Under the pieces are notes generated by a model. It made no database searches, was not told the origin of the DNA, and was given only the letters and a program-made list of their open reading frames with translations. A stretch of DNA of 64,000 bases, from contig OY970178.1 of the NCBI GenBank assembly GCA_963707915.1, positions 768,001 to 832,000 of the forward strand. The letters are read 5' to 3'. Of the stretch, positions 38,604-48,361 are shown in pieces; position 1 is the stretch's first letter, and every line of letters begins with the position of its first letter. The DNA comes from Candidatus Eiseniibacteriota bacterium. GTDB lineage: Bacteria; Eisenbacteria; RBG-16-71-46. Position numbers and translations under genes: made by a program.

Positions 38604-39746
38604 GTGGAGCCGCGGCCACTGAACGCACCCGATCCGGGCTGGGGCACGGGCGATCCCTCCGCCCTGGTCCCGGAGCACGCCGCGCGGCGGGCCGAGCTCG
38701 AAGCGCTCGACCCCGCGCTGGCCGGGCTGTACGTGCGCGGCGCCGAGGGGCTGGCCGGAGCGGCCGACCTTGCCGCGCTCAAGGAGCGCGTCGTGGCCCT
38801 GCTCGGCCGCGAGCGCGGCGTCGTCACGCTCGCGCTCGCCGAGATCCCCGCCCTCGCCCCCGAGCAGAAGAAGGTCCGGGGCCGCGGGCTCAACCTGGCG
38901 AAGCGCTGGCTCGAGGAACTCGAGAAGGCGCAGCGCGCCCGGCTCGAGCTGGCCGCCGAGTCGCGCGAGGCGCTCGACGTCACGCTGCCCGGGCGGCGGC
39001 CGTGGGTCGGGCACGCGCACGTGCTGGCCCAGATCCGCGACGAGCTGCTCGACCTGTTCCACGGGCTCGGCTACTCGGTCTACACCAGTCCGGAGGTCGA
39101 GCACGACGAGTACAACTTCGCCAAGCTCAACTTCGGCCCCGACCACCCGGCGCGGGACGCGCACGACACCTACTTCGTCGGCCCCGACGTGGTGATGCGC
39201 ACGCACACCTCGCCGGGCTGGGTGCGCGCGATGGAGCAGCGCAAGCCGCCCCTGCGGCTGGTCTTCCCCGGGCGCGTCTACCGGGCCGAGCAGGTCGACG
39301 CCAGCCACATGGACCAGTTCCACCAGATGGACGGCCTGTTCGTCGATCGCGACGTCAGCCTGGCGGACCTGAAGAGCACGCTGAACACCTTCGCGCGCTC
39401 GATCTACGGGCCGAAGGTGCGCACGCGCATCATCCCGATCTACTTCCCGTTCGTCGAGCCGGGCGCCCAGCTCGACGTGGCCTGCGCGATCTGCGACGGC
39501 AGCGGGCGCACCAACCTGGGAGCGGGCGAACAGCGCTGCCCGGTATGCAAGGGCTCGGGCTGGAGCGAGCTGCTGGGCGCCGGCATGGTGCACCCGAACG
39601 TCTTCCGCGCGGTCGGCTACGACCCCGAGGAGGTCACCGGCTTCGCCTTCGGCATGGGCCTCGAGCGCATCGCGATGGCGCGCTACGGCATCCCCGAGAT
39701 CCGGCTGTTCCTGGAGAACGACCTGCGCTTCCTGCACCAGTTCTGA
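38604..39746 (+). CDS. pheS: Phenylalanine--tRNA ligase alpha subunit
   Basis: DVTLPG, HPARDAHDT, RTHTS, FHQMDGL, YFPFVEP, GFAFGMGLER. Confidence 0.97.
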   Translation: MEPRPLNAPDPGWGTGDPSALVPEHAARRAELEALDPALAGLYVRGAEGLAGAADLAALKERVVALLGRERGVVTLALAEIPALAPEQKKVRGRGLNLAKRWLEELEKAQRARLELAAESREALDVTLPGRRPWVGHAHVLAQIRDELLDLFHGLGYSVYTSPEVEHDEYNFAKLNFGPDHPARDAHDTYFVGPDVVMRTHTSPGWVRAMEQRKPPLRLVFPGRVYRAEQVDASHMDQFHQMDGLFVDRDVSLADLKSTLNTFARSIYGPKVRTRIIPIYFPFVEPGAQLDVACAICDGSGRTNLGAGEQRCPVCKGSGWSELLGAGMVHPNVFRAVGYDPEEVTGFAFGMGLERIAMARYGIPEIRLFLENDLRFLHQF

Positions 39747-39797
39747 CCCGCGGGCCCGCCCCGGGCGGCTTCGCCCACGGGCCGTGAGAAGGATCCG

Positions 39798-42311
39798 ATG
39801 AAGCTTCCGCTGTCCTGGCTGCGCGACTGGATCGAGCTGGATGCCACCCCCGAGGCGCTGGCCGACGCGCTCACCCGCCGCGGCTTCTACGTCGAGGGCA
39901 TCGAGGCGCGCGGGCACTCCTACCCGGGCGTCGTCGTGGCCCGGGTGCTCGAGGTCGCGAAGCACCCCAACGCCGACAAGCTCTCGCTCTGCCGCGTGGA
40001 CGCGGGCGCGGGCGAGCTCGCCATCGTGTGTGGCGCGCCGAACGTCCACGCCGGCATGGTGGCGCCGCTGGCCACCATCGGGGCGAAGCTGCCCGGCGGG
40101 CTGGTCATCAAGAAGAGCAAGATCCGCGGCATCGAGAGCCAGGGCATGCTCTGCTCGGCGGACGAACTCGGCTTCTCCGACGACCACTCCGGCATCGTGG
40201 ACCTGCCGGCCTACCTCGGCGCCGCCGAGGGGCTCGTGCCGGGCCGGGCGCTCGACGAGCTGCTGCCCCCGCCCGACGCGGTGCTCGAGGTCGAGGTGCC
40301 GTTCAACCGCCCCGACGGGCTCGGCGTGGCCGGCCTGGCGCGCGAGGTGAAGGCCGCCTTCGGCCTGCCCTGGACCCCCGCGGCCGAGGAGCGTCTCAGC
40401 GCGCTGTGGCGTGGCGACGGTGAGTTCGACCTCGAGATCGGGGACCGCGAGGGCTGCCCGCGCTACATCGCGCAGGTGGTCGAGAACGTGCGGATCGGAC
40501 CGTCGCCGGGCTGGCTGCAGCGCCGGCTCGAGGCGATCGGCCAGCGGCCCATCAACAACGTCGTGGATCTCACCAACCTGGTGCTCTTCGAGTTCGGCCA
40601 GCCGCTGCACGCCTTCGACCTCGACCGGCTGGCGGGTCCCGCCATCCGCGTGCGCCGCGCCCTCGCCGGCGAGCGTTTCACCACGCTCGACGGCAAGGAG
40701 CGCACGCTCGACCCCGAGGTGCTGCTGATCTGCGACCGCGACCGGCCGGTGGCGATCGCGGGGGTGATGGGCGGCGCCGACAGCGAGGTCCGCAGCGGCT
40801 TCGCGGAGCCCGGCGCCACCGGCGCGCCGGCCCTCGGCGCCACCACGCGGCTGCTGCTGGAGTGTGCGTGGTTCCAGCCGCGCCGCATCCGCCGCGGCTC
40901 GCGCGTGCTCGGGCTCTCCACCGAGGCCTCGAAGCGCTTCGAGCGCGGGGTGGACCCGCGTGGCGGCGCTGCCGCGACGTCGCGCTTCCTGGCCCTGCTC
41001 GCCGAGGTCTCGCCGGGCATGACGCTGGGGCCGGCGGGCGAGCGCGCCCACGGCACGGCCGTGCCCGCTTCGCTCGTGCTGCGCGGCTCGCGGTGCCGGC
41101 GCGTCGTCGGCGTCGACTTCCTGCTCGAGGAGGCCACGCGCCACCTCGAGGGGCTGGAGTTCGAGGTCGAGCCGCGCGTCACCCCGGGCGCGTCCGGGTG
41201 GGAGCTCGCCGTCGCGGTGCCGAGCTGGCGCGCCGACGTCACGGTCGAGGACGATCTCATCGAAGAGGTGGCGCGCTCCCACGGTTACGACCGCATCCCC
41301 GAGACGCCGCTCGAGACCCGCGGCGCCTACGCCACTCGCAGCCCGCGCGAGCGCGGCATCGAGCGCGCCCGGCGCGCCATGCTGGCCCGCGGCTTCACCG
41401 AGGCCTGGACCGGCACGCTGGTCTCCGAGCGCGAGGCGATCGAGACCGCGGCCCTGCTGGGAGCCGCGCCCGACTCGCTGGTGCGCCTGCAGAACCCGAT
41501 GAGCCGCGAGGGGGAGGTGCTGAGGCCCAGCCCGGTCGCGGGGCTGCTGCGCGCCTGCGCGCACAACCTGCGCCAGGGCCTGCCCGCGGTACGGCTCTTC
41601 GAGGTCGGCACGGGCTTCGCCGCCGCCGCGCCCGCGACGGACCGCGCGGCGCTGCCGGTGGAGTCGCTGATGCTCGCCGCGATCGTGACCGGCCCCCGCT
41701 ACGCGCACGCCCACGATGCCGCGCAGCAGGCGGTGGACTTCGACGAGGCGAAGGGCCTGTGGGAGGCCTGGCTGGAGGAGATGAGCGTTGACACCCCCGG
41801 ATGGCGGGCCTATGCTGCGCCCGGCTGGAAACTCGGTGCCAGTGCGGAAGTTGCAGCACGGACTTCGCGCATTGGATGGGGTGGATGCCTGGGGCAGCCG
41901 CTGCTGCGCGGGGTGGACATCGAGGTCCCGGTGTACCTCTTCGTGGTGCATCTCGACCCGTTGTTCGAGGACCTTCCGGCGGCGCGCCGGGTGACGCTGC
42001 CGGGCCGGTTCCCGCCGGCGAATCGCGACCTCGCCTTCTTCGTGCCGTCGTCCCGGTCGCACCAGGAGGTCGAGCAGGTCCTGGCCCGCGCGGCGCAGCC
42101 GCCCGACGGGGAAGGGTCGCGACTCGCCTCGATCGAGTTGTTCGACGTCTACACCGGCCCCGGCACCCCCGAGGGCATGAAGAGCCTGGCGTACGCGCTC
42201 CGCTTCGAACACGCGGAACGCACGCTGCACGAGGCCGAGGTCCAGGCCATCCAGGACCGCATGGTCGAAGCCGTCACCCGCGAATGCCACGGGAGACTGA
42301 GAGAGAAATGA
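39798..42311 (+). CDS. pheT: Phenylalanine--tRNA ligase beta subunit
   Basis: HPNADKL, IVCGAPN, SQGMLCS, GQPLHAFD, KRFERGVD, EEVARSHGYD, RDLAF, KSLAY. Confidence 0.97.
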   Translation: MKLPLSWLRDWIELDATPEALADALTRRGFYVEGIEARGHSYPGVVVARVLEVAKHPNADKLSLCRVDAGAGELAIVCGAPNVHAGMVAPLATIGAKLPGGLVIKKSKIRGIESQGMLCSADELGFSDDHSGIVDLPAYLGAAEGLVPGRALDELLPPPDAVLEVEVPFNRPDGLGVAGLAREVKAAFGLPWTPAAEERLSALWRGDGEFDLEIGDREGCPRYIAQVVENVRIGPSPGWLQRRLEAIGQRPINNVVDLTNLVLFEFGQPLHAFDLDRLAGPAIRVRRALAGERFTTLDGKERTLDPEVLLICDRDRPVAIAGVMGGADSEVRSGFAEPGATGAPALGATTRLLLECAWFQPRRIRRGSRVLGLSTEASKRFERGVDPRGGAAATSRFLALLAEVSPGMTLGPAGERAHGTAVPASLVLRGSRCRRVVGVDFLLEEATRHLEGLEFEVEPRVTPGASGWELAVAVPSWRADVTVEDDLIEEVARSHGYDRIPETPLETRGAYATRSPRERGIERARRAMLARGFTEAWTGTLVSEREAIETAALLGAAPDSLVRLQNPMSREGEVLRPSPVAGLLRACAHNLRQGLPAVRLFEVGTGFAAAAPATDRAALPVESLMLAAIVTGPRYAHAHDAAQQAVDFDEAKGLWEAWLEEMSVDTPGWRAYAAPGWKLGASAEVAARTSRIGWGGCLGQPLLRGVDIEVPVYLFVVHLDPLFEDLPAARRVTLPGRFPPANRDLAFFVPSSRSHQEVEQVLARAAQPPDGEGSRLASIELFDVYTGPGTPEGMKSLAYALRFEHAERTLHEAEVQAIQDRMVEAVTRECHGRLREK

Positions 42312-42604
42312 CCGACACCACGACGATGACGAAGGACCTGGATCGCCTGGCCGAGCGGGTCGAGAAGGCCGCCGCCGTGCTGCAGGCCCAGCGGGCCGAG
42401 CACGCACGCCTGCAGCGCGAGCGCGACCAACTCGCCGCGCGCGCCCAGGAACTCGAGCAGAAGCTGCAGGGGCAGGACCCGGCCGCGCTCCTCGCCGAGC
42501 TGCAGGGGCTGCGCCGGGAGCAGCGCGACTGGCAGGCGGAGCGCCGCGACGTGGCGCTGCGGATCGAAGCGCTGGTGACGAAGCTGGAGCGGATCGAGGG
42601 CTGA
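42308..42604 (+). CDS. Coiled-coil protein, ZapB-like
   Basis: All-helical 98-aa ORF between pheT and zapA; ATG overlaps the pheT stop. Confidence 0.75.
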   Translation: MTDTTTMTKDLDRLAERVEKAAAVLQAQRAEHARLQRERDQLAARAQELEQKLQGQDPAALLAELQGLRREQRDWQAERRDVALRIEALVTKLERIEG

Positions 42605-42624
42605 GCCCGTTCCCCGAGGACGCC

Positions 42625-42936
42625 ATGGAAGCCAAGACCCTGGTTCAGGTGCAGATCTTCGGTCAGAACTACACGATCCGCGGCGAGGCCGACCAGGGCT
42701 ACATCCTGGGGGTCGCGGCCTACGTGGACCGCAAGATGCAGGAGATCACCGAGAAGCTCCCCACGACCTCGATCTCGAGCTCCCTGTCGAAGATCGCGGT
42801 GCTCGCGGGGCTGAACATCGCCGACGAGTTGATGAAGGAGCGCGCGCAGCGCGAGCGGCTCGAGCAGCAGATGAGCACCCGCACCGCGCGGCTGAACGCC
42901 GTCCTGGACGAGATCCTCCAGGACACCACGAAGTGA
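42625..42936 (+). CDS. zapA: Cell division protein ZapA
   Basis: VQIFGQNYTI, VAAYVDRKM, AVLAGLNIADEL. Confidence 0.93.
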   Translation: MEAKTLVQVQIFGQNYTIRGEADQGYILGVAAYVDRKMQEITEKLPTTSISSSLSKIAVLAGLNIADELMKERAQRERLEQQMSTRTARLNAVLDEILQDTTK

Positions 42937-42943
42937 TGAGGGG

Positions 42944-43182
42944 GAGTCCCCGAGAGCCATCCCATTCCCTGCCGTGCTCGTGATGTCGAACAGTTCTTGA
43001 ACCAACTCTCCTTTCAAAGGGGCCCCTGGTGGCCGGTGAAGCCAGGCCACGGCCCCCCGGGCACCACCCCGCGGTGACGCGGGGCGTCCGGGGAACGCGG
43101 TAGGCCGACCCGGTCGAGGGGGACCCACCTGGCTCGCCAGGTCTCAAGAACTCCACCACACACGGCATTTCGGCGGGGATTC
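42944..43182 (+). ncRNA. ssrS: 6S RNA
   Basis: Lies between zapA and rny. Long-range pairings GAGTCCCCG/CGGGGATTC, TGCCGTG/CACGGCA and AGTTCTTGA/TCAAGAACT form a rod with a central bubble. Confidence 0.85.
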
Positions 43183-43364
43183 ATAGGCCCCGGCGCCCGT
43201 CACGCGCCCGGACCGGAGCAGGCGCCGCAGGACCATCGGAAGGCCGGAAGCACCCGGCCCGGGCCTGCGCGAGGGCGGGTCCGAGCGGACCCGCCGCCGC
43301 GCGGACCGCAGGGACGGGACCGCGCGGCCGACCGGGCCCCCTCGACGCCCTGCCGGGAGAGACC

Positions 43365-44927
43365 ATGAACCAGATGACCTGGATCGGCGGCGCCGCGGTC
43401 GGCGCCGTCGTGGCGTTCTACGTCGGATACCTCGTCCGCGCGCGGGCGGGGCGGAACAACCTCCAGAGCGCGGAGCACCGGGCCCGGACTCTGGTCGAGC
43501 AGGCCCAGGGCGAGGCCGAGGCCAGCCGCCGCAACGCCCTGCTCGAGGGCCGCGAGGAGGCCCTGCGCCTCAAGCAGCAGGTCGAGCGCGAGACCCAGGA
43601 GGCGCGCACCGCCCAGCTCGCCGCCGAGCGCGCCTTCCACGAGAAGGAGGCCGCGTTCAGCCGGCGGGTCGAGCTCATCGACAAGAAGGAGCGTGACCTG
43701 AAGCGCTCCGAGACCGAACTGCGGGACCGCGAGGCCACCGTGCAGGAGCGGGACGGCCAGCTCGACAAGCTGATCGCCGAGCAGACGGTGATGCTGGAGC
43801 GCATCGCCCGGATGAGCGCCGACGAGGCCCGCGCCCGCCTGATGGCCGAGGTCGAGAACGAGGCCAAGGCCGAGGCCGCCCGGCACGTCACCGAGATCCG
43901 CGAGAGCGCGCAGCGCAACGCCGAGCGCGAGGCGCGCAAGATCATCGGCCTCGCCATCCAGCGCTACTCCGCCGACCACGTCTCCGAGGTCTCGGTCTCG
44001 GTCGTCCACCTGCCCAGCGACGACATGAAGGGCCGCATCATCGGGCGCGAGGGCCGCAACATCCGCTCGTTCGAGGTCATCACCGGCGTCGACGTCATCA
44101 TCGACGACACTCCCGAGGCCGTCATCCTCTCGGGCTTCGACCCGGTGCGCCGCGAGATCGCCCGGCTCGCCCTGGAGCGCCTGGTCGCCGACGGGCGCAT
44201 CCACCCCGCGCGGATCGAGGAGGTCGTGGCCAAGGTCAAGACCGAGGTCGAGAGCCGCATCCACGAGCTGGGCGAGGTCGCCTGCCTCGAGGTCGGCATC
44301 GCCGGCATCCACGCCGACCTGCAGAACCTGCTCGGCCGGCTGCACTACCGCACGTCCTACGGCCAGAACATCCTGAGCCACTCGATCGAGGTCGCGCACC
44401 TCACCGGCATGATCGCCGTCGAGCTGGGATTCGACCAGAAGATGGCCAAGCGCTGCGGCCTGCTCCACGACATCGGCAAGGCGCTCGACCACGACCACGA
44501 GGGCACGCATCCGCAGCTCGGCATGGAGGTGGTGCAGCGCTACGGCGAACCGCAGCCGGTGATCGACGCCGTCGGCCACCACCACGACGACTACGCCGGC
44601 GGCAGCCTGTGGGCGGTGCTGGTCGCGTCCGCCGACGCCATCTCGGGCGCGCGCCCGGGGGCGCGGCGCGAGAGCCTGGAGGTCTACATCAAGCGGCTCG
44701 AGGCGCTCGAGAAGATCGCCTCCGGCTTCCCGGGCGTGGAGAAGTCCTACGCCATCCAGGCCGGCCGCGAGGTGCGCATCATGGTCGAGCACAACAAGGT
44801 GGACGACGGTCGCGCCCAGGTGCTGGCGACCGAGATCGCGCGCCGCATCGAGAAGGAGCTGCAGTACCCGGGCCAGATCCGCGTGACCGTGATCCGCGAG
44901 ACCCGGGCCGTGGACTACGCCAAGTAG
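43365..44927 (+). CDS. rny: Ribonuclease Y
   Basis: N-terminal TM, coiled coil, KH motif MKGRIIGREGRNIR, HD motif GLLHDIGK, ADAISGARPGAR. Confidence 0.98.
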   Translation: MNQMTWIGGAAVGAVVAFYVGYLVRARAGRNNLQSAEHRARTLVEQAQGEAEASRRNALLEGREEALRLKQQVERETQEARTAQLAAERAFHEKEAAFSRRVELIDKKERDLKRSETELRDREATVQERDGQLDKLIAEQTVMLERIARMSADEARARLMAEVENEAKAEAARHVTEIRESAQRNAEREARKIIGLAIQRYSADHVSEVSVSVVHLPSDDMKGRIIGREGRNIRSFEVITGVDVIIDDTPEAVILSGFDPVRREIARLALERLVADGRIHPARIEEVVAKVKTEVESRIHELGEVACLEVGIAGIHADLQNLLGRLHYRTSYGQNILSHSIEVAHLTGMIAVELGFDQKMAKRCGLLHDIGKALDHDHEGTHPQLGMEVVQRYGEPQPVIDAVGHHHDDYAGGSLWAVLVASADAISGARPGARRESLEVYIKRLEALEKIASGFPGVEKSYAIQAGREVRIMVEHNKVDDGRAQVLATEIARRIEKELQYPGQIRVTVIRETRAVDYAK

Positions 44928-44937
44928 GGGAGGCCAC

Positions 44938-46632
44938 CTGAACATCCTCTTCATCGCCGACGTGATCGGCGCGCCGGGGCGCGAGGTGGTGAAGGCCCTG
45001 CTGCCGGCGCTGCGGGAGCGCTACGACGCGCACCTCGTCGTCTGCAACGTCGAGAACTCGGCGGGCGGCTTCGGCTTCAACCGCGAGTCGGGCGACGGCC
45101 TCGCCGCGGCGGGCGTGGACGTGTTCACCGGCGGCAACCACCTCTGGGACCGCAAGGAGAGCGCGGCCTACGTCGCCGAGGAGCCGCGCCTGGTGCGCCC
45201 GGCGAACCTGCCGCCCGGCACGCCGGGGGAGGGCTGGCGCGTCTTCCGCGCCGCCGACGGCACCACCGTGGGCGTGGTGAGCCTGCTGGGGCGGGTCTTC
45301 ATGAAGGAGGCCGACTGCCCCTTCCGCGCCGCGGACCGGGTGCTCGAAGAGCTCCGGGGCCGCTGCCAGGTGGTGTTCGTGGACTTCCACGCCGAGACCA
45401 CCGCCGAGAAGGTCGCCATGGGCTGGCACCTCGACGGCCGCGCGACCGTGGTGGTCGGCACGCACACCCACGTGCAGACCGCCGACGAGCGCGTGCTGCC
45501 CGGCGGCACCGCCTTCCTGTGCGACGCGGGCATGACCGGCGGATTCGAGTCGGTGATCGGCATGGACCGCCGCGCCGCACTCGCCCGCTTCCTCACGCTG
45601 CTGCCGCAGCGCCTCACGCCGGCGACCGGCGACCTGCGCCTGAACGGGGCGCTCGTCTCGGTGGACCCGGCGAGCGGCCGCGCGCTCGCGATCCGCCGCC
45701 TCGCGATCGCCCTGCCCGCCGCCGAACGGCCGGCGGGCCTGCGCCTGCTGGGCGGCGAGGAGCCCGCCTCGACCACGCGCATGGCGGTGCACGCCGGCGT
45801 GCAGGAGCTGCGCGCGGCCGGCGTGGTCCCCACCCTCGCGCTGGTCTCGGTGGGCGAGGACCCGGCCTCGCGGATCTACCTCCGGCGCAAGCGCGAGGCC
45901 TGCGCCGAGGTCGGCATCGAGACCCTGGCGGTGGCGCTCCCGGCGGGCAGTGACACCGCCGCGGTGGTGGAGCGCGTGCGCCGGCTGGGCGAGGACCCGG
46001 CGGTGCACGCCATCCTGGTCCAGCTCCCGCTCGCGCCGGACCCGGCTGCGCCGGGCGCCCCCGAGCCCCGGGCGGTCTTCGAGGCGATCCCGCCGTCCAA
46101 GGACGTGGACGGCTTCCATCCGGTCAACGCCGGCCGGCTCGCGACCGGCCTGCCCGGCTTCGTGCCCTGCACCCCGCTCGGCATCCTCGAGCTGTTGCGT
46201 TACTACGAGATCCCGCTCGCCGGTCGGCACGTCGTGGTGCTCGGCCGCAGCAACGTCGTCGGGCGCCCGCTCGCGACCCTGCTCTCGCGCAAGGGGGTGG
46301 ACGCCACCGTCACGCTCGGCCACAGCGCGAGCGGCCCGGCGCTGCAGGAGCTGGCCCGGCAGGCCGACGTGCTGGTGTGCGCGATCGGCGCCCCGGAGAT
46401 GGTCACCGCCGAGTGGGTCCGGCCCGGGGCCACCGTCGTGGACGTGGGCGTGCATCGCGTCGCCGATCCGACCCGGCGCACCGGTACCCGGCTCGCCGGC
46501 GACGTCGAGTTCGGCTCGGTCTCCAAGGTCGCGGGCGCGATCACCCCGGTGCCCGGCGGCGTCGGTCCCATGACCGTGGCGATGGTGCTCTCCAACACCC
46601 TGCTCGCCGCCTCGGGGACGCCCGGTCGGTAG
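44938..46632 (+). CDS. folD: YmdB-like metallophosphoesterase fused to FolD (methylene-THF dehydrogenase/cyclohydrolase)
   Basis: GGGAGG RBS plus CTG start (NILFIADVIG). YmdB motifs NVEN, GGNH, DFHAETTAEK, GTHTHV. FolD motifs VGEDPAS..Y, ILVQLPL, KDVDGFH, PCTP, GRSNVVGRP, TPVPGGVGPMT. Confidence 0.92.
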   Translation: MNILFIADVIGAPGREVVKALLPALRERYDAHLVVCNVENSAGGFGFNRESGDGLAAAGVDVFTGGNHLWDRKESAAYVAEEPRLVRPANLPPGTPGEGWRVFRAADGTTVGVVSLLGRVFMKEADCPFRAADRVLEELRGRCQVVFVDFHAETTAEKVAMGWHLDGRATVVVGTHTHVQTADERVLPGGTAFLCDAGMTGGFESVIGMDRRAALARFLTLLPQRLTPATGDLRLNGALVSVDPASGRALAIRRLAIALPAAERPAGLRLLGGEEPASTTRMAVHAGVQELRAAGVVPTLALVSVGEDPASRIYLRRKREACAEVGIETLAVALPAGSDTAAVVERVRRLGEDPAVHAILVQLPLAPDPAAPGAPEPRAVFEAIPPSKDVDGFHPVNAGRLATGLPGFVPCTPLGILELLRYYEIPLAGRHVVVLGRSNVVGRPLATLLSRKGVDATVTLGHSASGPALQELARQADVLVCAIGAPEMVTAEWVRPGATVVDVGVHRVADPTRRTGTRLAGDVEFGSVSKVAGAITPVPGGVGPMTVAMVLSNTLLAASGTPGR

Positions 46633-46636
46633 CCGC

Positions 46637-48002
46637 ATGGGCACGGCACCCGCGCCCGAGGGCATCCTCTCCGTCTCGGCCCTCACCGGCCTGATCAAGG
46701 GGACGCTCGCCGAGGCCTTCCCGGCCCTGTGGGTCAAGGGCGAGCTCACCGGCTTCAAGCGCTACGGGAGCGGGCACCTCTACTTCTCGCTGAAGGACTC
46801 GGGCGCGGTGCTGGCCTGCGTGATGTGGAAGGGCCGCACCGGGCGACTGGCCTTCGAGCCGCAGGACGGTCTCGAGGTCGAGGCCTTCGGCGCCATCTCG
46901 GTCTACGAGCCGCAGGGCCGCTACCAGCTCGTGGTGGACGAGATGCGTCCCGCCGGCGTGGGGGCGCTGCTGCTCGCCCTCGAGGAGCTGAAGAAGCAGC
47001 TCGCCGCCGAAGGGCTGTTCGACACGGCGCGCAAGCGCCCGCTGCCGCGCTTCCCCACGCGCGTCGGGCTGGTCACCTCGCCCTCCGGCGCGGCGGTGCG
47101 CGACCTGGTGACGGTGCTGCGCGCGCGCTGGCCGTCGATCGGGATCGTGCTGGCGCCGGTGCGCGTCCAGGGCGAGGGCGCCGCGCGCGAGATCGCCGAG
47201 GCGATCGAGCGCTTCGACCGCTACGGGCGCGTGGACCTGCTGATCGTCGGCCGCGGCGGCGGCTCGCTCGAGGACCTCTGGGCGTTCAACGAGGAGCCGG
47301 TGGTCCGCGCCATCGCCGCCTGCCGACTGCCCGTCATCTCGGCGGTCGGGCACGAGGTGGACGTCACGCTCGCCGACTTCGCCGCCGACGTGCGCGCGGC
47401 CACGCCCTCGAACGCCGCGGAGCTCGCCGTGCCGAGCCGCGAGGAGATGGCGCAGCAGGTCGCGCAGTGGAACGACCGGCTCGGGCGCGCGGCGCGGCAG
47501 TCGGCGGCCGAGCGCCGTCGCCGGCTCGACGCGCTCACCGCCCGCTACGGGTTCCGGCGGCAGGAGGAGGCCCTCGCGCACCTCCAGCAGCGCGTGGACG
47601 GGATGCTGGAGCGGCTGCACGGCGCCGTCCGGTCCACCGTCGAGCGCGCCCGGGATCGCCTGGCGCACGCCGCCGCCCGCTACGGCCTGCGCGAGTGGCC
47701 GCGCCTGCTCGCGATGCGGCGCGCCGACCTCGACGCGCTGCGCGGGCAGCTGGAGCGCCGCCATCGTCCGGTCGGCGCTGGCGCACCGCACCCGCGCCCT
47801 GGCGCTCGCCGACCGTCTCCGGGCGCTCTCGCCGCGACTGGTGCTCGAGCGCGGCTATTGCCTCGTGCACCGTCCGGACGGTACCTTCGTGCGTGCCGCC
47901 GCGACGCTGGCGGTGGGGGAGCTTCTCACGATCGAGTTCGCGCGCGGGGAGGCCGACGCGCGCGTCGAGCAGACCCGCCCGGGAGGGAAGGATGGCGCGT
48001 GA
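46637..48002 (+). CDS. xseA: Exodeoxyribonuclease VII large subunit (frameshift near 47755)
   Basis: SGHLYFSLKD, GRGGGSLEDLWAFN, SAVGHEVD, ATPSNAAE. The C-terminal LSPRLVLERGY is in another frame ending TGA at 48002. Confidence 0.93.
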
Positions 48003-48361
48003 CAGGAAGCCGGACGTGACCAGCGCTCCGGACGCCGCCTCGCTGAGCTTCGAGGAGGCCATCGAGCGGCTGCAGACGATCGTCGAGGAACTCGAGGGCG
48101 GCAGCCTGTCGCTCGAGGAGTCCATCGCCCGCTACGAGGAGGGCGTGAAGCTCTCGCGGCGGCTGACCCAGACCCTCGACCAGGCCGAGAAGCGCATCGA
48201 GCGCCTGAGCGCCGGCGCGGACGGCGAGCCCGTCACCGACGCCGATGGACCTCGAGGGCGAGCCCGCGGCGGAGCCCCGGCCCGCGGCCCGGCCGGCGCG
48301 CGAGCCCGCCAAACCCCAGCGCCGGGAGCCGGAAGGGTCCGTCGGCGAGCTGCCCTTCTGA
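47992..48361 (+). CDS. xseB: Exodeoxyribonuclease VII small subunit (probable frameshift near 48240)
   Basis: LSFEEAIERLQTIVEELEGGSLSLEESIARYEEG. The corrected tail ends ELPF* overlapping the ispA ATG. Confidence 0.9.

Noticed and set aside
39480..39565. CxxC...CxxC insert in PheS
   Set aside because: A zinc-finger-like segment at this position is common in bacterial PheS.
38490..42635. Very long antisense ORFs (e.g. 1381 aa opposite pheST, and others throughout the window)
   Set aside because: These are shadow ORFs expected from high GC and codon bias opposite real genes, with no recognisable motifs.
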